DNA from: a virus
Lineage: Duplodnaviria > Caudoviricetes
Length of the DNA: 64,000 bases
IMG/VR virus record: IMGVR_UViG_3300021387_001774
Location: 128,001 to 192,000 of that record
Reading direction: 5' to 3' (one strand)
Positions 8,994 to 19,134 of this stretch are shown here, one piece after another (the stretch's first letter is position 1; each line of letters starts with the position of its first letter). Under the pieces are notes generated by a model. That model made no database searches. It worked only from the letters and a program-made list of their open reading frames with translations, and was not told the DNA's origin. A program made the translations under genes and the position numbers.

Positions 8994-9251
8994 TTACTTA
9001 ATTACATTTGAGCAATCATGATAAATTTTTAATAAAAGTTCACGCACCACATTATAATTTCTTATAATATTAACAATTGAGTTACTATCAATCGATGGAT
9101 ATTCATCTGGATTCTTAGCGGAATCCGCTAATCCACTCATAATATTATCAATTGTATCGAGACTAAGTTTCAATGATGTATAAATATGTGATGATAACAA
9201 TGAAACATCATTAGCTAATTTCAGTTCTTTCTCATTGTAGTTCTTTTCCAT
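8994..9251 (-). CDS. Hypothetical protein
   Basis: ATG 9251 behind AGGAGAG; own promoter and terminator. Confidence 0.6.
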   Translation of the reverse strand: MEKNYNEKELKLANDVSLLSSHIYTSLKLSLDTIDNIMSGLADSAKNPDEYPSIDSNSIVNIIRNYNVVRELLLKIYHDCSNVIK

Positions 9252-9391
9252 TCGCTCTCCTTTCTTTATCACAATATCTTATGACCATAGATAAAGATAT
9301 GGCATATGTAGTTTTCTCTCTACATCGTTTCATAAATATAATATATAAATAAAAAAAATAAAGGTAGGATATAATCCTACCTTTATTTTAA

Positions 9392-9829
9392 TTAAAGTTC
9401 TTCATCAACGATTCGTTTGAATTCATCCCAACTTATTTTATCAAAAGATATTGGAATATCTGATTTATTATCTTTGAAATCTTCTTCACATAATGTGCGA
9501 TAAATGGCGATAATTTTATCAGCATTTGGATTTTTTGATATAACGTGGAGCATATAAAATAAATCTGTTTTATGAAGAGTCAATTTATTATGACATTTGA
9601 ACCAAGCAGAAATCATTTGTTTAGTATAACCCATTTGTTCGCTCAATTTAGTTAAATTGATTCCTCCGATAATCATGGATGAATAAAGAAATTCAAATCT
9701 TATCGATTTAATATCTGTAATTTTATATCGATGATAACTCATATTACGCTCCTTCAGTTCTTTTTTCTGTTTATAATATTTTTTCTGATATTCTTTATTG
9801 TACTCTCTCATTTCTTCTTTAGTTTTCAT
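9392..9829 (-). CDS. Putative helix-turn-helix DNA-binding protein
   Basis: GINLTKLSEQMGYTKQMISAWFK resembles an XRE/Cro HTH; basic N-terminus. Confidence 0.55.
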   Translation of the reverse strand: MKTKEEMREYNKEYQKKYYKQKKELKERNMSYHRYKITDIKSIRFEFLYSSMIIGGINLTKLSEQMGYTKQMISAWFKCHNKLTLHKTDLFYMLHVISKNPNADKIIAIYRTLCEEDFKDNKSDIPISFDKISWDEFKRIVDEEL

Positions 9830-9977
9830 ATTTCTTTTCTTCCTTATGTTTATAGTAGTATCATCTCTACTTCGATAATATAATTAATAATAAGTGTAAC
9901 ACACTCATTAATATAATATATAATTAAAAAAATAAAGGTAGGATAAATTATATCCTACCTTTTAATTAATTAAGTAA

Positions 9978-10904
9978 TTATTTCATATTAAAACATTCGT
10001 CAATAAAATATGCTAAAAGATTTTTAGCAGAAGCTAATTCTTTAGATTCATCAATAGTACTATAGAATTCACAATCTTTAATTTTAGGTTCAATATACTT
10101 ATTATAACGCCTTTTAATACTTTCTAATTCAAATATATCATTTTCTCTAAGCTCATTACACATAGCAATCATATTTTTATCAGTTCCATATCTTTCAGGA
10201 TAATATTTTTCAACAATATTGAATATCTGATTCTTTATGTATTGTACAATAGAAATAGTTACAGAATAATTTGAATTTTTCAATTCGTCTGATTGTTTAA
10301 TCGAATTTCTTAATTCAGATTTTGATAAAGTATTTTTGTGGAACAAAGATTCATATACGAATTTCAAAATATATTCGCTAGTTTCTTTATCACTCTTTTC
10401 GATTATTTGATAAGCTCGTTCGAGTAAAAGCATTTTATATGTTTTAATCAACTTACTTATATCTATACACATTTTCTGCATCATTGTTGATCCATCTATG
10501 ATTTTTGTTTTATTATGTTTTAGATTTACAGTACTACCAAAAAGATTTTCAAATCCAGTTCCAGTAAATAAATCGTTGAATTCTTTATCTGAATCTTTAG
10601 TTTTAAGAGCTAATTCATCAGGATAATATTTTTCAACAATATTAATTATATTATTAAATGTTAATAATAAAATATTTTTATCATCAATTAAACTATTAGT
10701 TAAATTTCCGAGAGTTACACTAGTTTTTTCAAACATTTCCGTAGGGTTGAAACCACCAAAATATGTTTTATGGTGTCTTTCCAGTTCATTTTGTGTAGCT
10801 TCTTTTTCTCGTTTTTCTTGAATTTTAGTTATAACGATTGGTAAACCAATACTAATACCAAGTATTCCTAATGCTTCAAGAATTGATTTAACAGTATCAT
10901 TCAT
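9978..10904 (-). CDS. Hypothetical protein with N-terminal membrane anchor
   Basis: ILEALGILGISIGLPIVI hydrophobic N-terminus; internal duplicated motif NIVEKYYP. Confidence 0.65.
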   Translation of the reverse strand: MNDTVKSILEALGILGISIGLPIVITKIQEKREKEATQNELERHHKTYFGGFNPTEMFEKTSVTLGNLTNSLIDDKNILLLTFNNIINIVEKYYPDELALKTKDSDKEFNDLFTGTGFENLFGSTVNLKHNKTKIIDGSTMMQKMCIDISKLIKTYKMLLLERAYQIIEKSDKETSEYILKFVYESLFHKNTLSKSELRNSIKQSDELKNSNYSVTISIVQYIKNQIFNIVEKYYPERYGTDKNMIAMCNELRENDIFELESIKRRYNKYIEPKIKDCEFYSTIDESKELASAKNLLAYFIDECFNMK

Positions 10905-11045
10905 AATTCTTATTCATCCTTATGTTATATTAGTAGTAACATCACTACTTCCTATTTAATTAATATTTATAAGAATCAACGATCCTTTTACATAAATATA
11001 ATATATAATTAAAAAAAGAAAGGACCGAAGTCCTTTCTTTTACTT

Positions 11046-11249
11046 TTAATCTTTTCTAATTAATGTCCTTATAAAGATTTCCATATCAATTTTCTTATCA
11101 AAATTAAGTTTTCTTGTTTTTCCACTAATAAAATGTATTTCTAATTGACATTTATTTTCACTTTCTTCATACGGTAATATTTCTTCGACTGTATCAGGAT
11201 TTATACAATAGTTCGTTTTTTCAAAAACTTTTATAAGTCCATTACCCAT
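11046..11249 (-). CDS. Small hypothetical protein
   Basis: 67-aa ORF directly after the tubulin gene, followed by a C(UUCG)G-loop terminator. Confidence 0.55.
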   Translation of the reverse strand: MGNGLIKVFEKTNYCINPDTVEEILPYEESENKCQLEIHFISGKTRKLNFDKKIDMEIFIRTLIRKD

Positions 11250-11250
11250 A

Positions 11251-12537
11251 TTAGATCAAGTCCATGAGGTCTTTATGATTGACTACCTTTGCATTAAAGG
11301 TATCGCTCAATTCCTCAGCATCTTTCTGAACAGTGCTGAAACCAGTAGACTGTTCTTTCATAACATTGTGTTTCTTCTGATTAGCTACTCTCAAACGTCT
11401 TTCATTATCACGAAGATCTTCTACGACAGCATTGAGAGACTTGTAACCGAAGAATCCGACCATGGAAGCTGAGATAAGATCCTTAGCTACCTGATCTACA
11501 TTCAAACCTGATTCTTTAAGATCAAAGAACACTGATGTTGTATCCAAAGACATTACATCAATAGAATTCATCATATTCTTTGCAGCTGATTCTTCTTTGC
11601 TAAGATCTTCTACATCATGTCTAAGCATAAGAACTGTTCTTGCTACAGACTGACCTCTTGGTGTCGCATAGTTGAACTGATTCTGCTTTGTAATTGTTGT
11701 AAATGATGAACAACCAGGAATACGAAGAACGTTAATCTTGTCCTGAAGGTCCATACACTTAATGCTTGAATTCATTTCTACACCGAAGAACTTAACCCAA
11801 GGTGCTACAATTCTAGCATTAATAATATTAAACATTTCGTCTGTATCATTGAACTTAACATCATCTGGAAGATTGTTATCTGCAATGAAGAAGTTACAAA
11901 GACCCAGATCTACAAACTTCTGGATATCCAAGAAGCATTCGATATTGTTCTGCAAGTTAGTAGAACCTGATTCAATTCTACAACGAGGTACAAGACCTAC
12001 TACTACAGGACGTGGTACATTTCTCATCATATCATCAATTTTGTATTCTTTATCACCAATTCTGAATGATTCACAACTGTTAATATAGTTTGCAAGTGTT
12101 GCTGTGAATGCCGGACCAATACCTGAACCAGTACCACCATCAGCACTAAATACACTGATAATAATTGTTTGTTCTGTTGGATGGAAGAGGACCTCTTCAT
12201 AGTATCCAATAAACGCTGTTAATGCATCAAGATCTTCTTTTCCATAAATGTTCGTTTGTTTGAAGTTTTTATAGAAACTCTTAGCAAGGTCTCTATTCTT
12301 TCCTGCTCCGTTTACATTTACACCACCGATTTTAAATGTCTGCTGATCAGGAAGATCAACCTTCTTAAAATCATCTGTTGATGTGTTAATTGCGATACGA
12401 TAAGGATTATTTGGAAGCATTGATGCAAGCATTTTACCAATGTTGTATCCACCCTGTCCCTGTGAAATAATCACAAATCGCACCTTCTGCTCATCGCCTT
12501 TCTTTACGACAACTGTCTCGTTACCTGTTTCGTTCAT
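11251..12537 (-). CDS. Tubulin/FtsZ-family GTPase (PhuZ/TubZ-like)
   Basis: GQGGYNIG, AINTS, GAGKNR, GGTGSGIGP tubulin signature, DN and MDLQD (T7-loop-like) motifs. Confidence 0.9.
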   Translation of the reverse strand: MNETGNETVVVKKGDEQKVRFVIISQGQGGYNIGKMLASMLPNNPYRIAINTSTDDFKKVDLPDQQTFKIGGVNVNGAGKNRDLAKSFYKNFKQTNIYGKEDLDALTAFIGYYEEVLFHPTEQTIIISVFSADGGTGSGIGPAFTATLANYINSCESFRIGDKEYKIDDMMRNVPRPVVVGLVPRCRIESGSTNLQNNIECFLDIQKFVDLGLCNFFIADNNLPDDVKFNDTDEMFNIINARIVAPWVKFFGVEMNSSIKCMDLQDKINVLRIPGCSSFTTITKQNQFNYATPRGQSVARTVLMLRHDVEDLSKEESAAKNMMNSIDVMSLDTTSVFFDLKESGLNVDQVAKDLISASMVGFFGYKSLNAVVEDLRDNERRLRVANQKKHNVMKEQSTGFSTVQKDAEELSDTFNAKVVNHKDLMDLI

Positions 12538-12647
12538 ATACGAAAACCTCCTGAATGTATTTCTACTCCAATAATATATATTTATAATTATTTTAGATAT
12601 AAAAAAATAAAAGGTAGGATAGTGAAAACACTATCCTACGTAATTAC

Positions 12648-13073
12648 TTATTTTCGATTTGGATTGGCTTTAAACATATCCTCTGGATCATAAATAATTT
12701 TACCATTTCCCCCATGATAATGAATGTAATATTTTTGATAAACTTCATAATCCGATTTACTTAATATCTTTTCTGCTTCAGCTAACACATTTATAATTTC
12801 TTCCTTAGTAATAGGATTACGTTTATAATAGTTTTTCTTCCCTTTATTTGAATTAATTTCTTTCATAACTCTCTTATGAATGTCATAGTACTTAGCAATA
12901 TTCGGTGGTCGTGAATACACCTTAGTACCACAATCATTCATAAGATTATTCTTAATATCTATTCCCATCTTAATTTTATCTGCTGTTTTACAGACAAAAT
13001 CAGGATCAGAACATTTTTGTTTGACGATTTCGATTATACTACTTAATATTCCTTTTTTCATTTCTATAATCAC
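12648..13073 (-). CDS. Hypothetical protein
   Basis: 141-aa ORF following the SbcC-like gene. Confidence 0.6.
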   Translation of the reverse strand: MIIEMKKGILSSIIEIVKQKCSDPDFVCKTADKIKMGIDIKNNLMNDCGTKVYSRPPNIAKYYDIHKRVMKEINSNKGKKNYYKRNPITKEEIINVLAEAEKILSKSDYEVYQKYYIHYHGGNGKIIYDPEDMFKANPNRK

Positions 13074-13095
13074 CTCTTTATTTCGTTATATTATA

Positions 13096-15840
13096 TTATT
13101 GAGCTCCTTGGTATCTAAATAAAATATTCTTGTTCTTTAATTTCATCTCAGGAACTTTTGATCCTTTCAATAAAATTACATCACAAGGAATATCCTCAAA
13201 TTCCCCATTATGTGTTATTATGAAGCATGAATTACAATTCATTTCATCTACTCTCTTTTGAATCATATCGATAAATCCCATTCGACGCTTTTCATCTAAT
13301 GGACCATCAACTTCATCAAGTCTTAATACATCATATCCATTATTCTCAATATTTGATTCTATTATACTAAACGATATAGCAGCATTAATTGTTTCTCTCT
13401 CACCCTGTGAACACAATGATGCATCTTTTATTTCTACTCCATCTTTTTCCATAACAATAGAAAAATCTGTAGCATCCAATTTAAATTCTTTAATCTTAAG
13501 ATCTGAACCCCACATACTATTCATATCTTCGTTCGTTTTTATAGTTAAATCATTTAAGAACTTTTCTATTTTCCAACTTGGATATCCTACTTTCGGAGAC
13601 CAAATTTTATTTAATATGTTTACTCTATTAAACTTTTCTTGTATCTCATTACGCATCTTTTCTATTTGTCGTTTACTGATAAAGAATGTAGTCATTTCAT
13701 CACGTTTCTTATTAAGATTAAGTAATTCATTTTCTAATTCTGTTTTCTTAGGCAATAAAGTATTATCTATATAATTCTTATTAGAATTATAGATATAAGT
13801 GCTTCTATTCCATATATGTAATACATTCTTCCATTTCTTAAGATTTTCACTTACTTTATTATATTCATCAAAATCTTTATCACGTTGTCTGAATATTTCT
13901 TGCGAATTTCTATATGTATCCAATTTCTTCATTAGATCTTCTATATAATCCATAAGATTATTTTTATTTCTCATAGAGTCTTCATACTTAGTATTAAGAT
14001 CATTTAACTTAGCTTGAATCTTTTCATTATTTGTTACTAAAGTCTTTAGTTGATTCAAATCATTTATAGATTTCAACAATTCTTCTTTCTTACGTATAAC
14101 AGTTGAATATTCATAAAGATCATTCATAATCATTTTTATTTCATTCATTTTAATATATATAAATACTGGTTCTTTAGTGAAGAAATCTATAAGTATTTCT
14201 GGCATAGATGAAACCAATTCATTATTATTATATAAATAATTTATAATTTCTTTATAATATGTAAATCCTTTCTTATATTCTATAAGAGATCTTTCTATAG
14301 ATTCTCTTTCTTCTTTAAGTTTATTAACTTCTTCTGTAGAATTTCTAGAACGTTCGTATAATTCTTTTAGATTATCTTTTGGATTAAGATATTTCATGAG
14401 TTCTTCTACTATTCCACAGGAATGATTCTTACAAAAATCTGGACGTTTCATGAGAATTTCTGTATCAAGATTACCATGCTCGTATTTATAAATTTCATTG
14501 TTAATAAATGTAAGATTCTCAAATGTCTTAGTATACATTTCGATTACAGTTTGTAATCGTTTTTCTTTATTAGAAATACTTTCTTCTAGACTACTCATGT
14601 CTTTTATGCTGTCAAGACTAATAAGATTATTTAAATACAAGAATTGAGCATCCAATTTCTGCAAGAATTCTGTATATCTATTATAGTTTATATTGTATTC
14701 ATCCAAATTTTCGTTAGGATATTTTTCTTCATATTCTTCTATAGAAGAATCAATAGATTTCAATAATTCTTCATTTCTAAAAATAGTTTCATGAATATTA
14801 TTTAAATCCATATCATTTAACTTCTCATCATTATTTAATAATGACATATTGCTAGAAATTTCTGATGTTAAAATAGCTATAGTTTCTTCAACATGAGTTA
14901 ATTTATCATGCAATGATTTCAATTTATTTTCTAGTTCATGTGTCTTTTCTTCTATATTACAATCAAGATCTATTTCAGAAAGATTCTTATATTTTTCTTG
15001 AAGAATATCATATTTCTTTTTATGATTTTCTGTATATTTCTTAAAATCTATAATACAATCAGAAATATATTTCATTTCTTTTACATTCGGTTGTATTTGA
15101 TCTTGATAAGTATTCAATTGAACTATTTTAGATTCTATCTCTTTCAGTTGTTTATTGATATTCTCTATATTAGTATTCATGAAGTTTAATTCTAGTTCAT
15201 AATTGATACTACTCATATTACCAATTTGTTTATTATAATTATCTATATCTTTCTTAAACTTTGATAATACTTTAGAAGATAATTTAAAAGCATCTAGAAA
15301 TTCAGCAATTTCGGGCATCCATTCACTTATATATGAATTTCTTTCTGTAGGACTCATAGAAATAAAGTTTTTACTATTTCCACTACCACAAAGATATCCC
15401 ACATTTGTATAATTTTTCTTTATATGAAGTTCATGCTCAATTACTTCTAGATAAGATTCTACATTTCCATTTGGATTTAGATCTATTTCTTTACCATCGA
15501 TATATTTAACTATAAAGCATTTAGTAGATTTTACAGGATCATAAACTATTTTAATCTTATATAATACTACACCATCAACCAAATAGTCCAATTCCTTTAT
15601 GCCTAATAATTGTTTACCATTTTCATCTTTAAGAATTCTAGATTTATTTCTAGGTCCAAAATGCTCTAATGGAAATGGTGTCATTTCTGATAATAAAGAT
15701 GTCTTACCAGATCCATTATCACCAAGTAACAGAATAATATTATTATTTGATTTTGACCTATCTATTTCTAATTCTTTTACACCTATACCTAGATAAACTC
15801 CTACAAAGTTAACAAGCTTGATTCGTAATAAATTAACCAT
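13096..15840 (-). CDS. SbcC/Rad50-like SMC-family ATPase (recombination exonuclease subunit)
   Basis: Walker A GDNGSGKT, long coiled coil with central CKNHSC, signature CSQGE, Walker B/D-loop LRLDEVDGPLD, ITH. Confidence 0.9.
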   Translation of the reverse strand: MVNLLRIKLVNFVGVYLGIGVKELEIDRSKSNNNIILLLGDNGSGKTSLLSEMTPFPLEHFGPRNKSRILKDENGKQLLGIKELDYLVDGVVLYKIKIVYDPVKSTKCFIVKYIDGKEIDLNPNGNVESYLEVIEHELHIKKNYTNVGYLCGSGNSKNFISMSPTERNSYISEWMPEIAEFLDAFKLSSKVLSKFKKDIDNYNKQIGNMSSINYELELNFMNTNIENINKQLKEIESKIVQLNTYQDQIQPNVKEMKYISDCIIDFKKYTENHKKKYDILQEKYKNLSEIDLDCNIEEKTHELENKLKSLHDKLTHVEETIAILTSEISSNMSLLNNDEKLNDMDLNNIHETIFRNEELLKSIDSSIEEYEEKYPNENLDEYNINYNRYTEFLQKLDAQFLYLNNLISLDSIKDMSSLEESISNKEKRLQTVIEMYTKTFENLTFINNEIYKYEHGNLDTEILMKRPDFCKNHSCGIVEELMKYLNPKDNLKELYERSRNSTEEVNKLKEERESIERSLIEYKKGFTYYKEIINYLYNNNELVSSMPEILIDFFTKEPVFIYIKMNEIKMIMNDLYEYSTVIRKKEELLKSINDLNQLKTLVTNNEKIQAKLNDLNTKYEDSMRNKNNLMDYIEDLMKKLDTYRNSQEIFRQRDKDFDEYNKVSENLKKWKNVLHIWNRSTYIYNSNKNYIDNTLLPKKTELENELLNLNKKRDEMTTFFISKRQIEKMRNEIQEKFNRVNILNKIWSPKVGYPSWKIEKFLNDLTIKTNEDMNSMWGSDLKIKEFKLDATDFSIVMEKDGVEIKDASLCSQGERETINAAISFSIIESNIENNGYDVLRLDEVDGPLDEKRRMGFIDMIQKRVDEMNCNSCFIITHNGEFEDIPCDVILLKGSKVPEMKLKNKNILFRYQGAQ

Positions 15841-15866
15841 TTGTGAAACCTTCCTTTATCGATTTC

Positions 15867-15942
15867 ATAATATATATTCATATTAAAGTTTAATTACAAA
15901 AGTACAATATAATGTATAAAAAATATTTTAAATATATATTAT
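15867..15942. promoter_or_regulatory. Divergent promoter pair
   Basis: TATATATTAT on minus at 15867-15876 (toward SbcC) and on plus at 15933-15942 (toward tRNA and HU-like gene). Confidence 0.65.
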
Positions 15943-15965
15943 GTATATGCACGATGAGTGTATTT

Positions 15966-16039
15966 GGCTCTGTAGCTCAGTTGGATAGAGCAATTGCCTT
16001 CTAAGCAATGGGTCGGCGGTTCGAGCCCGTCCAGGGTCG
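15966..16039 (+). tRNA. tRNA-Arg (anticodon TCT)
   Basis: Cloverleaf: acceptor GGCTCTG/CAGGGTC, D arm GCTC/GAGC, anticodon arm ATTGC-CTTCTAA-GCAAT, T arm GGCGG-TTCGAGC-CCGTC. Confidence 0.95.
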
Positions 16040-16084
16040 TACCATTCAGTACGAATGGATAAATATATTTAAGGAGGGTAATAT

Positions 16085-16456
16085 ATGATTACCATTACAC
16101 ATCGTGAAATCTCAGCTAGTACAGCTGGTAGATTGGGAAAAGACGTAACTGCAGAATCAGTAGGAAACATTGTTACTGAATATGCAAAAACTGCGTTCGA
16201 TCTCATGAAAGAAAAAGGACCAAATAGTAGTAAAGAAAAGACATTAGTAGAAACACCTCTGTGTGGTTATGAAGTGAATTACCACGAAAATATGACTAAG
16301 ACAAATCCAGATGGAACTAAACAGAATGTAGGAGCAAGACGTACAGTTAAAGTTGCTCTTCCAAAGACATTGCTTGAAGGTCTTAATGCAGACCTATTGA
16401 AACTTGGTGCAAAGATTATTAAAGCTGTAATTGATTCAAAGAAAGAAGCTGCATAA
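16085..16456 (+). CDS. HU/IHF-like DNA-binding protein
   Basis: Two N-terminal helices, then a beta arm with NP tip (YEVNYHENMTKTNPDGTKQNVGARRTVKV) and terminal helix KTLLEGLN; SD AAGGAGGG. Confidence 0.6.
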   Translation: MITITHREISASTAGRLGKDVTAESVGNIVTEYAKTAFDLMKEKGPNSSKEKTLVETPLCGYEVNYHENMTKTNPDGTKQNVGARRTVKVALPKTLLEGLNADLLKLGAKIIKAVIDSKKEAA

Positions 16457-16489
16457 AAATTATTAGTTATTATTATTTAGCTAAATAAT

Positions 16490-16516
16490 ACTAAGAGGTC
16501 TACGAGACCTCTTAGT
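16490..16516. terminator. Bidirectional terminator between convergent genes
   Basis: ACTAAGAGGTCT-acg-AGACCTCTTAGT. Confidence 0.75.
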
Positions 16517-16529
16517 TTATATATTTTTT

Positions 16530-18329
16530 TTATTCTTCTTCGATATTTTTTGAAGTTGCGTTATGTCGTTTTTTATCTTGTAACTCTTTATCATATACAT
16601 AAATATTATAAAGAGCGGGTTTCATTTGTTTAAAGTTACCTTTATCATCTATGCCACAAGCGTAGACATTAGAAACCATTTTCTTATGCATCTTATTATA
16701 AAGTGCTGAAGCCACATTACCATATATCAATCCAAATTTTGCTCTAGCAGAACTTAACGATCTATTATACATATAGGATCTACCATCGATCTTTTGTATA
16801 ACTAAATCTTTACTAAAAACGAATTTGGGATTCATTTTTTTAACAGTCTCATTAATATCACTCAACGAACAACTTTTAAGATTATTCTTATTCAACCATT
16901 CATCTATTTTCTTACAGTTTTCTTCATAATGTTTATCTTTCTTTATGTCATTTATATGAACACAATTCATAAGAGAATCGAAAGCTTCATTGGATTGATA
17001 TTCATCAGATCCATGATAACGTTCACGAACATTTCTTATAAGTTCTTTTATTTCTTTTGGAGGTTCTATCTCAAGTATTCTAGAATACTCATTTTTATCT
17101 CCATAAGTAACTGTAGCATTTTCATATAAGGAAACTATCTTAGATTTAGACTTAGGCATTCCTATGTATGCAGTTTTCTTATTAACAAACTCTTCAGCAC
17201 GTTTATATATACCATTCAAGTTATTCATATTACCCGAAACAAACGTTGCATCGTTATGTGATCCATCTTTTAATTCGATAATATAATTGAGTCTTATATG
17301 AATATTATCATTAGCATTTATTTCATTTTTATAGAGATCCATTCGTTGCTCAACAATATCACGTTTACGTATATCATCTTCTATATAAATATCCACATCA
17401 TCTTTAAATTTTTGAAGATCACAGTACTTTATAAATTCTGTTTCAATCTTATCAATATCATTTGCTAGTTTAGAAATATATTCGTCTAACTTCTCAACTT
17501 CTTCTGGAGAAAAATATTTCGTAGAGTTTTGAATCATTCTTAATCTCTCTTCGTGCTTATTATAAGCTTTATCAATACCGAATGCTGCTCCACCAACAAT
17601 AGAACCCAATAATACCAAGCCTAATGTACCAAAAACTTCTTGAGATCTATTATTTTCTATAGCGAATAATGATTGCTTTCTGAAGAACATTTTATTTGGT
17701 TTATAATTCTTAACAATAGACATTTCTCTATCACGTTTACCACGAATAAGAAGATCTTCAGATTTATTATATTTTCGTTTCTGAATAAGATTAAGTGTAA
17801 AAAATCTAAAATTATTCTGTACACCTTCATCAATAGGTCGTACGTCGAATCCATATGGATTCATTTTAGACTTTATCCCTTGTATACATATATCTCTTAT
17901 AGAATTAAAATCTTTAACACAGAATGTTTTTGGCATACCTTGATTCGCCAATCTATCCCATCTTTCTTTTTTGATATACAGTTTGAATGATACTGGGAGT
18001 TCAAATTCAATAGTTTTACCTATAATTTGATCATTAGCATCCATACAAACCGCATGACGGAATAAATACTGACAATATTCTGATTTCTCATATGCCGTAA
18101 ATCGTTTATTCAAATCTTTAGGAATAGGTTCTATACCATCAATCATCAATACTTTAAGGTCATTGGTATATCTTCCTTCTAAAAACTTTCTACAAACTGT
18201 TACATAAGTGTCCCAATCATCTTGATAACATCTTTCGATACGTTCAGTATACTTATCACAATAACGTTCTAATAGATCTTCTCTACTCGGAACAATATAT
18301 AATTTAGGACAAAATTCAGGTTTCTTCAT
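16530..18329 (-). CDS. Hypothetical protein, possibly internal head/ejected protein
   Basis: 599 aa; central hydrophobic Gly-rich segment preceded by AIE/SQE motifs. Confidence 0.6.
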   Translation of the reverse strand: MKKPEFCPKLYIVPSREDLLERYCDKYTERIERCYQDDWDTYVTVCRKFLEGRYTNDLKVLMIDGIEPIPKDLNKRFTAYEKSEYCQYLFRHAVCMDANDQIIGKTIEFELPVSFKLYIKKERWDRLANQGMPKTFCVKDFNSIRDICIQGIKSKMNPYGFDVRPIDEGVQNNFRFFTLNLIQKRKYNKSEDLLIRGKRDREMSIVKNYKPNKMFFRKQSLFAIENNRSQEVFGTLGLVLLGSIVGGAAFGIDKAYNKHEERLRMIQNSTKYFSPEEVEKLDEYISKLANDIDKIETEFIKYCDLQKFKDDVDIYIEDDIRKRDIVEQRMDLYKNEINANDNIHIRLNYIIELKDGSHNDATFVSGNMNNLNGIYKRAEEFVNKKTAYIGMPKSKSKIVSLYENATVTYGDKNEYSRILEIEPPKEIKELIRNVRERYHGSDEYQSNEAFDSLMNCVHINDIKKDKHYEENCKKIDEWLNKNNLKSCSLSDINETVKKMNPKFVFSKDLVIQKIDGRSYMYNRSLSSARAKFGLIYGNVASALYNKMHKKMVSNVYACGIDDKGNFKQMKPALYNIYVYDKELQDKKRHNATSKNIEEE

Positions 18330-18353
18330 CTCATCACTCCAAATTTAAGTATA

Positions 18354-19121
18354 TTATTTTGTCGAGGTTTTAATGATTTCATTTAAGTTTATTTCTATTG
18401 TATTATATATTGAACAGAAATCTTTAAACATAAAATCGATAATACGGTTATACATATGCATAATATTATTAGATTCACCAAAAAACATATCATCTGTATA
18501 GAAATGTTTTATACCATCTTTAATGTCGTATATATCATAAAAATAATATCTCTTAAGGGATTCTTTCTTTAGCTTTTTGATCTTATCATGTCTATCTTGG
18601 AAATCTAATTCATTCATAGAGTTTATAACACAACTATTATGAACAATTTCTTTAAGAGAACTCAATGAAGAACGAATATAAGATGTTTCATCTTTAAACG
18701 AATCCAAAACATTCATAAAACGAGAAATTTCTATTTCATTTAATAATGTCATTTCTTTTGAGTTCTTATATATTTCGTCATAATAAAACTTATCTATAAA
18801 CCAAATAAATTCATCGATCTGTACAAATATATCCTTTAAGAAAATAAGAGAATTATAGAAGTTAGAAAGATTAAGAAATACTTTCTTTAAAAGGTTTTTA
18901 TTTTTAACTAAGTCTACCTTTTTAATAGATGTATTTTCATCTACTCCAAATAATAGAACTTTCATTATATTAAATACATCATTTTCAGAAAATAAACTAT
19001 ACAATTTATCATTTTCTTTAGCCAAACTTTCTACATACGGAATAAATTTTTCTTTAAGATTTATAGTCTTTGTATACATAGTTTTGAAAATATTTATTTC
19101 CTTTTCTTTATCCATAAACAA
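18354..19121 (-). CDS. Hypothetical helical protein
   Basis: 255-aa ORF with AGGAG SD. Confidence 0.6.
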   Translation of the reverse strand: MFMDKEKEINIFKTMYTKTINLKEKFIPYVESLAKENDKLYSLFSENDVFNIMKVLLFGVDENTSIKKVDLVKNKNLLKKVFLNLSNFYNSLIFLKDIFVQIDEFIWFIDKFYYDEIYKNSKEMTLLNEIEISRFMNVLDSFKDETSYIRSSLSSLKEIVHNSCVINSMNELDFQDRHDKIKKLKKESLKRYYFYDIYDIKDGIKHFYTDDMFFGESNNIMHMYNRIIDFMFKDFCSIYNTIEINLNEIIKTSTK

Positions 19122-19134
19122 CTCCTAAAAAATA

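Larger units (their letters stand above)
8109..12639 (-). promoter_or_regulatory. Series of seven terminator + TATATATTAT promoter junctions
   Basis: Motif at 8109, 8695, 8914, 9338, 9913, 10998 and 12571, each just downstream (minus sense) of a hairpin at ~8133, 8711, 8957, 9355, 9934, 11014 and 12614. Confidence 0.75.

Noticed and set aside
11046-11249. FlbD-like or TubR assignment for the ORF after tubulin
   Set aside because: Only a vague pattern resemblance; no HTH and no centromere-like iterons nearby
8900-12650. CRISPR array or integron attC sites
   Set aside because: Repeats are terminator/promoter units separated by whole genes; no constant-length spacers, cas genes or integrase
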